Below, in pieces: positions 1 to 9,864 of a DNA stretch of 64,000 bases. This stretch comes from Candidatus Bathyarchaeota archaeon (GTDB lineage Archaea > Thermoproteota > Bathyarchaeia > Bathyarchaeales > Bathycorpusculaceae): the NCBI GenBank assembly GCA_963715865.1, contig OY970280.1, forward strand, positions 832,001 to 896,000. Reading direction: 5' to 3'. The translations under genes were made by a program, and so were the position numbers. Each line of letters opens with the position of its first letter. The first letter of the stretch is position 1. Below the pieces are notes generated by a model. That model ran no database searches, was not told the DNA's origin, and worked only from the letters and a program-made list of their open reading frames with translations.

Positions 1-290
1 TCAGTTTTATTGCCATTGCTAAGGTAATTTTTGCTTATTACAAGGTGACCATCGGAGCCGTCCACATACATGTAGCCGCCAACCCAGCTGAGCTCAACCT
101 TGAGGTGATGAAGAACTTCCTCGGTCTTTTCGCCAAAAATACCTTTTACTGAGCCAAGTTTCTCAAAATCCTTGAAATACTCTGCGAAAATTACAGTGGA
201 GCTTCCAATGCTAAGTACGTTAACGGGGAGTCTTCTAAACAAACGCAATATTCTAAATGTGACGTATTCTACTGCTGGCAAAGCATACAA
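1..290 (-). CDS. Hypothetical protein, runs off the left edge (MYALPAVEYVTFRILRLF...)
   Basis: Hand translation: TTG at 290 preceded by GGAG Shine-Dalgarno just after the stop of 297..1658; frame open to position 1. Confidence 0.65.
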   Translation of the reverse strand, partial: MYALPAVEYVTFRILRLFRRLPVNVLSIGSSTVIFAEYFKDFEKLGSVKGIFGEKTEEVLHHLKVELSWVGGYMYVDGSDGHLVISKNYLSNGNKT

Positions 291-296
291 CCGCTC

Positions 297-1658
297 CTAT
301 TTGAAATCGAGATACTCAAGCCTCATTCCTCGACGCACCAAATCAGCAAGGTTTTCTACGGTTCCTACACTGGCGTCAATGTTACGGTGTACTGGGTGAC
401 CCCACATGCCTTCTGGGGCAAGGTTAAACTGTAAAGGTACTTCCGTTATAACGTTATATTTTTGGTTCAAATTTTTAATCAATTTTCCCTCTCTGCAAGC
501 AGTACGGGCACAAGAGTAGCTTTGCAACAATTGAGGAGAAGCAAAGGCACCGACGCCATGCCAAAGCGCCGCATCCTCAGGTGAACCTAAAGAATAAAGA
601 AAGAATTGGGGTGTAGATGGCGTCTCCGAAAAACTGTAATCGGCCAGTTTTTCTCCCACTATAGTGAAACTATCCTCTGCTTCTGCAACCGCAATATCAG
701 TTGGGTCGATGCCGTTGGGGTAAAGCATAGTGGTTTTGTATTTGACCACAACATCCAGCAGCTTGCTGCCTTCAAAGTGTATTTTGCCGCGAGCTGCCCG
801 TTTGGAGCCATAGCCTTTCTTTGAATGAGGCACCGTCAGCAGAGTGGTTCGTTTCGTCATGCTTCTGCCCATGCAAGAGTAAGCTTGTTCGACAGCTTCG
901 TAATCGCGGTGACTCTCACTGATAATGTAATGCAGTAAGCCATCTTTTCTTTCTGCTTGCAAGGTTGAAAGAGGCATGCGTAGGGCACTAAGTGACAGGT
1001 CCATGCCTAAAAATTCAGATAGCTTCTCAAGCTGGTTGTATTTTAGCGAATCAACAAAATCCAAGTAAGAACCTTTAGCGTCCTTAAGGCTGTTGCCAAT
1101 TAGTTCTGCTTCTTTTTTAGAGATTAAAGTTCCGACATACTTTCTCACGAACGCCTCATCAACTTTTAGCTGGTCAGTTTTTACATATACTGCAGGAAAC
1201 GCGCTTTGCCCACTGGCTACAATGGAATATTTCAGAGGATTCATGGAGTACCGGTCTGGCTCCACATCATCAGTATTCAGCAAGAAAGGAACAGCACAGC
1301 CTTCAGGCGTCTTCTTCAACATCTCGCAAAGCTGAACAACATCGCTGCCGTTTGGTTCATGCAGACCATACTCGACAAAGTAGTTTCCGCAAACTTCAAG
1401 CAGGCGTACACCAATAATTCCCTGAACTTCCTCAACGGTCAACTGAGGATTCGTGTACTCAACTGAGCTTCTTAAAAAAAACCGGTTACCCTCAAATTGA
1501 ACGTTGACTTTTTGATCATTAACATAACGAAATAATGTTACCTGCCTGGTGCGTTTCTCCTCTCTGAAACTGCTTAGCTTTTCAACCATGACTTTTACGG
1601 TTGACCAAGAATTCTTAATAAAATCTTCAAGCAAAATCTTACAGTAATCTTCATGCAT
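297..1658 (-). CDS. Hypothetical protein, 453 aa, family not recognised
   Basis: Long ORF with protein-like composition, 5 bp from the GNAT gene, operon-like. Confidence 0.85.
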   Translation of the reverse strand: MHEDYCKILLEDFIKNSWSTVKVMVEKLSSFREEKRTRQVTLFRYVNDQKVNVQFEGNRFFLRSSVEYTNPQLTVEEVQGIIGVRLLEVCGNYFVEYGLHEPNGSDVVQLCEMLKKTPEGCAVPFLLNTDDVEPDRYSMNPLKYSIVASGQSAFPAVYVKTDQLKVDEAFVRKYVGTLISKKEAELIGNSLKDAKGSYLDFVDSLKYNQLEKLSEFLGMDLSLSALRMPLSTLQAERKDGLLHYIISESHRDYEAVEQAYSCMGRSMTKRTTLLTVPHSKKGYGSKRAARGKIHFEGSKLLDVVVKYKTTMLYPNGIDPTDIAVAEAEDSFTIVGEKLADYSFSETPSTPQFFLYSLGSPEDAALWHGVGAFASPQLLQSYSCARTACREGKLIKNLNQKYNVITEVPLQFNLAPEGMWGHPVHRNIDASVGTVENLADLVRRGMRLEYLDFK

Positions 1659-1663
1659 AAATA

Positions 1664-2503
1664 TTAACCTCTTTCTAAAGATTCAGCCATGTATATACAA
1701 TTTTTCGCAACAGCTTGACCTAAAAACATTCTTGATACACAAAAACCTTCCTTAAAACCAAAACTTGAAAGCATATCCGCAAGAGCAGACTCCCTTTTTG
1801 GTAGAAACACGTAAACGCTCAAGCCGGTTAGTTTTCCAAGAACCGTTTTAAGAAGCGAAGCAGCGACATCAACATGACCCTCTTGGCATATTAATGGTCC
1901 AATCTCAGCCATTTTCTCATAAACCTTAGCCGCCACATACCCCACAACCTCATTATCCGCAAACTTACAATAGCTTAAATTACCCGCTTCGAGAATGATG
2001 GATTCCAGCAGTTTTTTCCTGTTTCCACCAAAACATCGGCTATCAAACTCTGCTATTGCCTGAATTTGCTGCGTTCCCACTTTTGGCAGAGTTTCAGCAG
2101 TCAAGGAATCAAGGGTTTCTGCACGCAAAACGGAAAAATCCTCATCACGTTCGAAACCAAATTTGCTGTAGAAGCCAATCAGGTTTGGATAAGCGTAAAG
2201 CCCAATGGTTTCGACACCTTTGCTTTGCAAATAGTTTACTGCGTGCTTTACAAGTAGGCTTCCTACACCCTTGTTTCGATATTTTTCTTTAACTATTAAG
2301 TTGCCAAACCAGCCTACTTTGCCGTAACTGATGCTTGTAGCTATGCCTAAGCGTTCCGAACCCTGAAAAACAACAAAACAGCCCTCTGGTTCAAGCGAAG
2401 ATAGAAACTCAAAATCTTCTGTTGCCATGTTCCAGTTCATAGTGTTGGCTAGTATAGTTGCAAACGGAAAATCATCAAAGCTCATTGGCTTCACTTGAAA
2501 CAT
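1664..2503 (-). CDS. GNAT family N-acetyltransferase (two-domain, YitH-like)
   Basis: Acetyl-CoA motif A 'LIVKEKYRNKGVGSLL', 'FYSKFGF', second GNAT-like domain. Confidence 0.9.
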   Translation of the reverse strand: MFQVKPMSFDDFPFATILANTMNWNMATEDFEFLSSLEPEGCFVVFQGSERLGIATSISYGKVGWFGNLIVKEKYRNKGVGSLLVKHAVNYLQSKGVETIGLYAYPNLIGFYSKFGFERDEDFSVLRAETLDSLTAETLPKVGTQQIQAIAEFDSRCFGGNRKKLLESIILEAGNLSYCKFADNEVVGYVAAKVYEKMAEIGPLICQEGHVDVAASLLKTVLGKLTGLSVYVFLPKRESALADMLSSFGFKEGFCVSRMFLGQAVAKNCIYMAESLERG

Positions 2504-2709
2504 AAAAAATACACTGTTATCTCTAGGAATTAAGTATTTGAACCTAAGTAAAAGTTTTTTCCACTATCTATAATAACTGTAGCTAGGTTTTCATTTTCTA
2601 ATATACAAATGACAAATAGCCACAATGTTGAGTTGACTTCAGTCTCAGTTCTTACCGCTGGTGGATCAAGCTTTACGGTTAGTTATCTAGCAGGCAGGTA
2701 AAAAGTAGA

Positions 2710-3240
2710 CTATTGGCCAGCAGAAATGGCTGCTGAAAGAGCCTCAGAACTCTTCTGAATTTCCTTTGTTACACTTGAGAGCAGTTTTATGCGGTTCTCT
2801 AATTTGCGTTTTTGCATGCTTGTTAAACTCTTGAATTTTGGCATGACATCTCCGACAACTGCCATCATAAGGTCGCGGTTTTTTTCTTCGCTTAAGTCTT
2901 TGAGCTCGAGGTGGCCGTCTTCAAACTGTAATACCAAGTGTCCTGTTGGATCAACATGCGCCTGAACTACATCTCCAACTTGAGCTGGAAGTGCTAATTG
3001 ATTTACAGCTATCGAGGGAGCTAGGGGTTGCATGAGTTTAAAGAGGGATGAGAAAAATTGAGCTACCAGTATTTTTTCTTCAGAGCTAAGTTCGCTTATT
3101 TGGCCAATGTCGTCAGCTGTGCTTTTTAGGGATTCAACAAGTTCTTGGATTGTCACCTGCTTTTTCTTCTCAGATTGTTTGAGTTCTTGTGAAGCGAAGA
3201 GTTCTGCAGGCTCTTCCTTAACTGCCACTTCTTGAGTCAA
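2710..3240 (-). CDS. Hypothetical coiled-coil protein
   Basis: 176-aa ORF, helical N- and C-termini, divergent from the MoxR gene. Confidence 0.8.
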   Translation of the reverse strand: MTQEVAVKEEPAELFASQELKQSEKKKQVTIQELVESLKSTADDIGQISELSSEEKILVAQFFSSLFKLMQPLAPSIAVNQLALPAQVGDVVQAHVDPTGHLVLQFEDGHLELKDLSEEKNRDLMMAVVGDVMPKFKSLTSMQKRKLENRIKLLSSVTKEIQKSSEALSAAISAGQ

Positions 3241-3441
3241 TGTTGATCGAATGGTGATAGCGTTTCCTAGACAGAAAAGTGCTTGTATGTCTCAGAGTCT
3301 ATGCACAGAAATTTTAGGCCCTTTCCTGCAATGTGGAAGCAGGATTGAATAGTACATGTTACGGCATATACCAAGTAGTAATACATAATACTTATCTATC
3401 TGATTGCGAAACCAATTAACACATAGAGGCGGCGCTTCCCA

Positions 3442-4467
3442 ATGAGTTATGGACACCAAGGACTTAAAGAAAAAGCAGATGCAAGCAGGGTACAAGAGGT
3501 TTCCTCTCTTAAAAAGGACAAGTTTAAGGTAACCGTATCCTTGGATAAAGAGCGCCCCATGTCCAAATCACCATTATACGAAAAATACGACATACAAAAG
3601 TATGACCTTATTCCGAACTTCAATTTTGCCCACTTAGACGGCATGATACCGAAAAACACGCCTGAATACATTGACCATGGACAACACTATGTTGAACGCA
3701 TCGTGCGTGCACTGTACTATTTCAAGCAATGCAGCTTAATCGGACCATCAGGAACAGGCAAAACTCACATTGTTTACCTAGTGGCAGAACTCACAGGCTT
3801 GCCAATTTGGGAAGTCAACTGCGGCTTATCAACATCTTCATTTGACCTTATCGGACGATTCATCGGTTTAGGAAAAGAAAACTGGGTAGATGGACTGCTA
3901 ACCCAATGGCTAAGAAAAGGCGGCATCATGTACCTCGACGAAGCTAACATGATGAAGCAGGACGTTGCCACCAGATTAAACCCAGTTTTGGATACTCGAG
4001 GCCACCTAGTGCTAAACGAAAAAGACAGCGAAGTAATCGAGCGCCATAAGTACGGGTACCTGATCATTAGCATGAACCCTGCGACAGCTGAATTCTCAGG
4101 AACAAAACCGTTAAACGCTGCCATGAGACGACGCATGGCTGTCTGGATAAACTTTGATTTCTTAAGCGTCGGAGAAACCATCTCACCACATGAGGTGGAG
4201 ATGCTGCGTAAAAGAACAAAGATTGATCAGGATATGGCTTATAAAATCATTCAAGCTGGCGCCGAGTTAAGAAGACAATACAAAGCTGGCGACTTGCCTT
4301 ATGGGCCCTCTTTAGGTGACTTAATCAATTGGGCTACTTTGGTGAATGATGGAAATACTCCTTTAGACGCAGCTGAGGAAACTATAATCGGGTTAACCAG
4401 CGATAACGTTGAAGTTCAAGCTGATGTGAGGAGAATCATCGAGGCAGTTTTCAATAAATCGCAATAA
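3442..4467 (+). CDS. MoxR-type AAA+ ATPase (CbbQ/NirQ/NorQ group)
   Basis: Walker A GPSGTGKT, Walker B MYLDEAN, sensor 'SMNP', arginine finger 'AMRRR', C-terminal helical lid; followed by a vWA gene. Confidence 0.92.
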   Translation: MSYGHQGLKEKADASRVQEVSSLKKDKFKVTVSLDKERPMSKSPLYEKYDIQKYDLIPNFNFAHLDGMIPKNTPEYIDHGQHYVERIVRALYYFKQCSLIGPSGTGKTHIVYLVAELTGLPIWEVNCGLSTSSFDLIGRFIGLGKENWVDGLLTQWLRKGGIMYLDEANMMKQDVATRLNPVLDTRGHLVLNEKDSEVIERHKYGYLIISMNPATAEFSGTKPLNAAMRRRMAVWINFDFLSVGETISPHEVEMLRKRTKIDQDMAYKIIQAGAELRRQYKAGDLPYGPSLGDLINWATLVNDGNTPLDAAEETIIGLTSDNVEVQADVRRIIEAVFNKSQ

Positions 4468-4484
4468 TCCGGAGTTATTGTATT

Positions 4485-6203
4485 TTGGGATTAATTGATT
4501 ACGCTTGGTCGGTTTCTTTCCAGAAAGATAACACTAAAGTAAAAATTCTTCAGGACGCAGCCCTAGTTCAGCCTGTTCTCCAGATTGATAATTTTGGGTT
4601 TACTATCAAACTCCCAACAGTTCACTTGTTGGAAGATGGGAATATTTCATTCCTTGGATACAAGTTTGCCGCAAACAATTCAGGTAAATCTAAAGTGGGG
4701 CGGTTATTTAGGGCGTCAGTTTTACACCTGACAACTCACACTTTTGCTCCGTTTCCCAAAGAAAAAATCGCTCCTAAAGAATCAGACCCAATCACCGAAG
4801 CATTCGCCAAATCGCTAATCAACGACACTTACATCAACGCCTATATTCAAGCGTTGTATCCCGATAGATTTTTTGACATTGCTTATGCAAATGCGCTGGC
4901 TTACCAAAAAATAAAATCGTCAGAGAGAATCTTTACCTCTTCAACAAAACTTATGGCGGCTTTACTAACAAAACTTAACACAGGCTTAATCAAAAATTCT
5001 CCCGGCGTAGAAGAAGAGCAAACAGTAAATCAATTATTCAACGACTTAATGGCTCTCAAGGAAACGTTCTTAGTTTCGATAGCTGGCGAACAGATTAAAC
5101 TGGAAGAATTATTCGACGAAAAGGTTAAAGATATAAAGCGTTTGCTTGAGCCTTTTGGCCCATTTTTGGAAGCACCCTCACTTCGACACACTGAAAGCAA
5201 CGGGCGCTGCAGTATTTACAGCGAAACGGAAACATCTGGAGATAATGATTTTGAAAGCCTATTTGCGCAATCCCTCATGAGCTTAGGCGGCACTGTACCT
5301 GCCTTAGATAACATAGACCAATGTTGGAGACCAGAACAGGACGCAGAGGCCTTACAAGCATTTAATTCTGACCATTACCAGAAGCAACGTGAGGCAAAAA
5401 TACTTTCAAAAATCAACCCCTATATAGCTTTGACTAGATTTAGGTCAGTTTCTTTTCCTGAGGAAGATTACACTCAATATCTTAGAGCTAGAAGTTTGGT
5501 GCAAGGGGCAAGCCGGCGACTTCTTGATATCCTTCGCTCAGGCTTTAATTATCTTGATGAGGACCCAAGGCAAGAGATGGGTCAACTAGATTTAGCTGCT
5601 GTAATTCAATCCTTGGCAAGTAACAAACCAGCGACAGATGTGTTTTTCCTTGATGAGTATCTTAAGCCAAGTTTCGCTTGGTCCTTAATTTTTGACGTCA
5701 GCAGCAGCATGCAGGTGAAAGGAGAAGATGGTCGAGCATTAGCTATAGCTGCGGCTGAGGCAGTGAAAGACTTAATGACTGATCCGACTTCCTGGTCATT
5801 CTTCGCTTTCAGCGACAAACTCTACATACTTAAGGATAGTACGGAATCTTATTCAAAAAGGGTTAGTGCTAGAATTGGCGGCCTGAAATTTGAAGGGCTC
5901 ACTTTCATTCCTGATGCGGTTCAGATGGCGGGAAAAATGCTGGCTAAAAGGTTTGAAGAACAGCGCTGCTTAATAGTTATCTCTGATGGTTGGCCATATG
6001 GCTATCCCAACATGCCACTAGCATTGAAGGAATGTGTTGATGACTTATTAAAGAAAGGAGTTATAGTTATAGGAATTGGAGTAGAAACAGAGAGAATGGG
6101 CAATTTCTTCCGAGTGCACGCCTCTGTTTACACTCAAAAAGATCTCATCAACAAGTTCGGCGCAGTATATGCTAATGCGTGTGAAAAAGCACTTGAAACA
6201 TGA
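4485..6203 (+). CDS. vWA-domain MoxR partner (NorD/CbbO/CobT-like)
   Basis: C-terminal MIDAS 'DVSSS', 'GLTFIPDA', 'VISDGWP', 'IGIGV'; N-terminal degenerate HExxH (HLTTH). Confidence 0.88.
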   Translation: MGLIDYAWSVSFQKDNTKVKILQDAALVQPVLQIDNFGFTIKLPTVHLLEDGNISFLGYKFAANNSGKSKVGRLFRASVLHLTTHTFAPFPKEKIAPKESDPITEAFAKSLINDTYINAYIQALYPDRFFDIAYANALAYQKIKSSERIFTSSTKLMAALLTKLNTGLIKNSPGVEEEQTVNQLFNDLMALKETFLVSIAGEQIKLEELFDEKVKDIKRLLEPFGPFLEAPSLRHTESNGRCSIYSETETSGDNDFESLFAQSLMSLGGTVPALDNIDQCWRPEQDAEALQAFNSDHYQKQREAKILSKINPYIALTRFRSVSFPEEDYTQYLRARSLVQGASRRLLDILRSGFNYLDEDPRQEMGQLDLAAVIQSLASNKPATDVFFLDEYLKPSFAWSLIFDVSSSMQVKGEDGRALAIAAAEAVKDLMTDPTSWSFFAFSDKLYILKDSTESYSKRVSARIGGLKFEGLTFIPDAVQMAGKMLAKRFEEQRCLIVISDGWPYGYPNMPLALKECVDDLLKKGVIVIGIGVETERMGNFFRVHASVYTQKDLINKFGAVYANACEKALET

Positions 6204-6305
6204 CTAGGTTAAGACTTTTTTGTGGAGTTCTGATTCGAGAATAAAATATGAATTCTGGATTCAGATTTTGAAGTCGTAATTATAAAATATATAATTTGTC
6301 AGTAT

Positions 6306-7235
6306 TTGGTAGTCATATCCGAATCGGAGAACCAAAAAATGAACCCCCAGATAGAGCTTGCAATGGAAAATGGCGAACTTACGAAAGTGTACGATAAACA
6401 AACTGAAGCATGGAAACTAGTCAAAAAAGACCAAACCTACAACAATCAACTAACAACTATTGAAGAAACACTTTCAAGGTTTGGACTGCTCAAAAACGAG
6501 ATTAAAGTCTACTTGCATCTTGCAAGAGCAGGTGAAAAGAAGGCTGGAGAGATAGCCGAAGCAATTTCGCTTCACCGAACTGAAACCTACCGAATCTTAA
6601 GGGATTTAGAGAAAAAAGGAATAGTTTTTTCTATTTTCGAGAAACCTCTAAAATTCACAGCTGTTCCCTTGGATAAAGCTATTGATTTGCTTGTAAATGC
6701 ACAAAAAATAAAGATTAAGCTTTTAGAACAAGAAAAAGCAAGCCTTGTAGAACTCTGGCAATCCATGCCTCAGCCGAAAGTTGCAGAGACGAAAAAAGAG
6801 CTTTTCCAAATGCTCGAGGGTGAACAGCAAGTACTAATGAAAGCTAATGAACTACTTGAAAGAACCGAAAAAGAATTTCAAGTATTCGCTTCAGCTGATT
6901 ATTTGTCTCAGCTGTACTACAGCGATTTTTCTGACAAGCTGAAGAATCAAGCTGACAAAGTTAATGTCACTTTGGTTACTGATAACTCGTTAAAAAGCGC
7001 TTATTTCATGGGGCAACTGCAATGGCTAAGTGAATCAAATAGAATCGTTGATGACCAAAACTTGCCGTGCTTTATGATTTCTGACAATAAAGAAGTGTTA
7101 ATCGCTTTTCATGAAAGAGACGCAACAAACGATGAAGATGTAAAAAAGAAGTATAAAACAGCGGCTATATGGACAAACTACGATGCCTTCGTTAAGGTCT
7201 TGCGAATGCTATTCTCTAAACTGGCGGAAACATAA
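6306..7235 (+). CDS. TrmB family transcriptional regulator
   Basis: wHTH 'FGLLKNEIKVYLHLA...RTETYRILRDLEKKGIV', 'PLKFTAVP', C-terminal PLD-like effector domain. Confidence 0.9.
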   Translation: MVVISESENQKMNPQIELAMENGELTKVYDKQTEAWKLVKKDQTYNNQLTTIEETLSRFGLLKNEIKVYLHLARAGEKKAGEIAEAISLHRTETYRILRDLEKKGIVFSIFEKPLKFTAVPLDKAIDLLVNAQKIKIKLLEQEKASLVELWQSMPQPKVAETKKELFQMLEGEQQVLMKANELLERTEKEFQVFASADYLSQLYYSDFSDKLKNQADKVNVTLVTDNSLKSAYFMGQLQWLSESNRIVDDQNLPCFMISDNKEVLIAFHERDATNDEDVKKKYKTAAIWTNYDAFVKVLRMLFSKLAET

Positions 7236-7249
7236 ACCGTGAAGTGCAA

Positions 7250-8617
7250 TTAACCAACACCTTTTATGCCATCTAAACTTTGATTGTTACCTCGTTTTTT
7301 GCGAAGTTTAAGCAGCAAAAATAAAGCCGCCAGTAAAATCCCAAACACCGTGACTGCGTAAGCGATAAACTGGAAACTTAGCCCATTGCGGTCTTGGGGA
7401 ACGCTGAGTTTAACAACGTAGAAATCATATAGAGCCTTGCCAATTAAGGCAGGTTGCCCAAACGGGTCCGTCCACCCCACCATAACATACTGGTTTTCGC
7501 CGGCTTCAATGACGCTGTAAGCCTCTTGGAAACCCTCGTTGCCTTGAGTACAACTCCATAAAATTTGTCCAGAACCGTCGATTTTGAAGAGCCAAAAATC
7601 ACGGTTTCCTGCGCCGAAAGAGAAAGTGAAGCCGCCAACTAAGTAACCGCCATCCTCTGAAGGAGTGATACATGATGGTGAATCAGCGTTTTTGCCGCCA
7701 ACGGTTTTAGCCCATAACATATTACCGTTCAAATCAACCTTTACCACCCAAGCATGAATATCAGTCCCTGTCGATTGTGTATCCCCGACAATTACGTAGC
7801 CGTCAGGGGCTTTCGCCATTGCATGGGCTTCTTGCGTCCCTGTTCCACCGTAAGTTTTATTCCAAACCAAGGTTCCATCCGTGTCAATTTGCATAAGTAG
7901 AAAATCATAGCTTGCTCCTCGAGGGTTCGTGTAACCTGCCACCACATAATTGCCATCAGGAGCTAAAACACCGGTTCTTGCAACTGTGTCCACTGCGTTA
8001 CCGTAGGTTTTGCCCCAGACGACATTGCCATTTAGGTCAAGTTTAACTACCCAAGCATGAGAGTCTCCATTCGTGTCGTAGGAGGTTGAACCAACGAGTA
8101 CAAAGCCGTCTTGAGCGGCGAACGCTGAAAAAAGCTTGTTAACTCCTTCTCCGCCGACTGTAGCGTTCCATATTGGGGTTCCTTGAATATCTATTTTTAC
8201 AACGTAACCGTTAACGTCTCCGGACGGTAAGAACTCGTTGCCTACAAGCAAGAAACCGTCAGTTAAGTTAATGGCATATCTTAGTTCGGTGCCTGATCCT
8301 TCAAGGTAAGTTTTGTTCCAAACAGCGTTGCCGTCCTTGTCAAGCCTTAAAGCCCAACCCACGGTGGCGTTTGGCACAATTGATTTAGTTGAACCAACAA
8401 CCAAATACCCGTCACCAGCGGGCACCGCGTAAAATGCGCGGTCGTCACTTGCTCCGCCATAGGTTTTTGCCCAAATCACATTTGCAGGCAAAACGCTGAC
8501 TGACGTACCATCAAGCTTTGGAGATGAAGGATTCTCAAAAGCGCTAATGCTTACAGTCAAAATAATTAAAACCGCTAATAGCAAAACTAAAATCTTAATT
8601 GCTCGATTAGGATTCAT
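7250..8617 (-). CDS. Secreted beta-propeller repeat protein with C-terminal membrane anchor
   Basis: Signal peptide, repeated 'W.KTYGG...D/A....DG.Y...G.T' blades, C-terminal TM plus basic tail. Confidence 0.88.
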   Translation of the reverse strand: MNPNRAIKILVLLLAVLIILTVSISAFENPSSPKLDGTSVSVLPANVIWAKTYGGASDDRAFYAVPAGDGYLVVGSTKSIVPNATVGWALRLDKDGNAVWNKTYLEGSGTELRYAINLTDGFLLVGNEFLPSGDVNGYVVKIDIQGTPIWNATVGGEGVNKLFSAFAAQDGFVLVGSTSYDTNGDSHAWVVKLDLNGNVVWGKTYGNAVDTVARTGVLAPDGNYVVAGYTNPRGASYDFLLMQIDTDGTLVWNKTYGGTGTQEAHAMAKAPDGYVIVGDTQSTGTDIHAWVVKVDLNGNMLWAKTVGGKNADSPSCITPSEDGGYLVGGFTFSFGAGNRDFWLFKIDGSGQILWSCTQGNEGFQEAYSVIEAGENQYVMVGWTDPFGQPALIGKALYDFYVVKLSVPQDRNGLSFQFIAYAVTVFGILLAALFLLLKLRKKRGNNQSLDGIKGVG

Positions 8618-8678
8618 TCTGCCGCTTCTCTCCTCTCATTGAGCAATAAACAAAGCTTTCCGCATTTTAGATTTTTCA

Positions 8679-9440
8679 TTACCCCACGGAGCATGTTAAA
8701 TTCGCTCCAACAGTTATACCGCGTTGATCCTGACAATACATAGAAACAAGAAGAGTGCCGCTTGGCTGATCAGTTTCAGCAATAAACGATACTGCGTATG
8801 TTCCATTGCCAAAATTAGTTATGCTTGGCGAATCAACTTGTATCCAATCAGTTGCATTCTCGAAGTAAAAGGTGAAGTTTTGCGCTAAAGCAGGTTTGCC
8901 TTCGTTGAGTACGTTGACTGTTAAGTTTACTTGCTTAAAGGTGTCGTTAAGTTGCAAATAGTTTCCGCTCAAATTGACCGCGGAAGTTACATTTACCGCG
9001 TATTCCAAATTAGAAGTCGTGGATGAGCCTGAAGAGTTAAAAGCAAAATTGACATAAGCGCTTGAGACCCCATGACCATCCGTGCCCCATGAAATCCAAA
9101 TACCGTTTTGGTAAGGAGCTGCATTCAGCGGAGTGAAATCCATTTTGATTATGGCTTGGTATGAATTAGAAGAGATTGCTGAATTCAATTCGTTTAGGTC
9201 AGCGGTTAAAACGCCTGCGTCGCCGCCGTTGGTTACGTTTGCTAGTGCGCTAATTAGAGTGTTTCTTGTGCTTTGCTTGTACGCCGGGAAAGCGTTGTTT
9301 TCGTCGGTTCCGATTGTCGGTACTTCTTTTTCAGTTTCAATAATGTAGATGGCAGTGGATAGTAAAAGCAACGCTACCAGTAAAGCTGTGATTACAAGCA
9401 CTTGACCTGAGTTGTCGCGTTTTAGGTCGCGTTTTTTCAT
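8679..9440 (-). CDS. Minor pilin-like protein with class III signal peptide
   Basis: Start revised to ATG 9440: MKKRDLKRDNSG|QVLVITALLVALLLL. Confidence 0.75.
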   Translation of the reverse strand: MKKRDLKRDNSGQVLVITALLVALLLLSTAIYIIETEKEVPTIGTDENNAFPAYKQSTRNTLISALANVTNGGDAGVLTADLNELNSAISSNSYQAIIKMDFTPLNAAPYQNGIWISWGTDGHGVSSAYVNFAFNSSGSSTTSNLEYAVNVTSAVNLSGNYLQLNDTFKQVNLTVNVLNEGKPALAQNFTFYFENATDWIQVDSPSITNFGNGTYAVSFIAETDQPSGTLLVSMYCQDQRGITVGANLTCSVG

Positions 9441-9441
9441 G

Positions 9442-9864
9442 TTAATCCACCAGTGACAATTGCAGCCGCAGGATGTAGATTGTGTATGTGCTGTTTTGGC
9501 TTGCGCATAAATAGTCCATTGAAACGATTTTGTCACTTACGGCGCCAGCGTTGCAGATGGGAAAGTCGTTTATGCTATTCATGTCTCTGTCGAATACTGT
9601 TAAGTTAAACCAGACTGTAAGCGGAAGAGCAGATTCAACACAGTCCTTAAGCGCTGTCCAATTTCGGTTATCGACCAGGTTTGCCAAGTGTCCGTTGCTG
9701 TCTAAACTTAACAGAATGTTTTGAGCTGTTGAAACAAGATTTTCTGTTGAATCCTTCAAGCTTGACTGCGCAGGAATAAGCGTTAGACATGACATCAACA
9801 GGACTGAGGCTAAAAATGCTTCTATTATGCGCACTTGCCCTTTCTTGTCTTTTAGCAGTCTCAC
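9442..9864 (-). CDS. Minor pilin-like protein with class III signal peptide
   Basis: MRLLKDKKG|QVRIIEAFLASVLL: KG|Q prepilin cleavage motif plus hydrophobic helix. Confidence 0.8.
   Translation of the reverse strand: MRLLKDKKGQVRIIEAFLASVLLMSCLTLIPAQSSLKDSTENLVSTAQNILLSLDSNGHLANLVDNRNWTALKDCVESALPLTVWFNLTVFDRDMNSINDFPICNAGAVSDKIVSMDYLCASQNSTYTIYILRLQLSLVD

Noticed and set aside
3442-4467. Gas vesicle (GvpN) or Rubisco-activase (CbbQ) function
   Set aside because: Shared MoxR fold only; no gvpA or Rubisco genes nearby.
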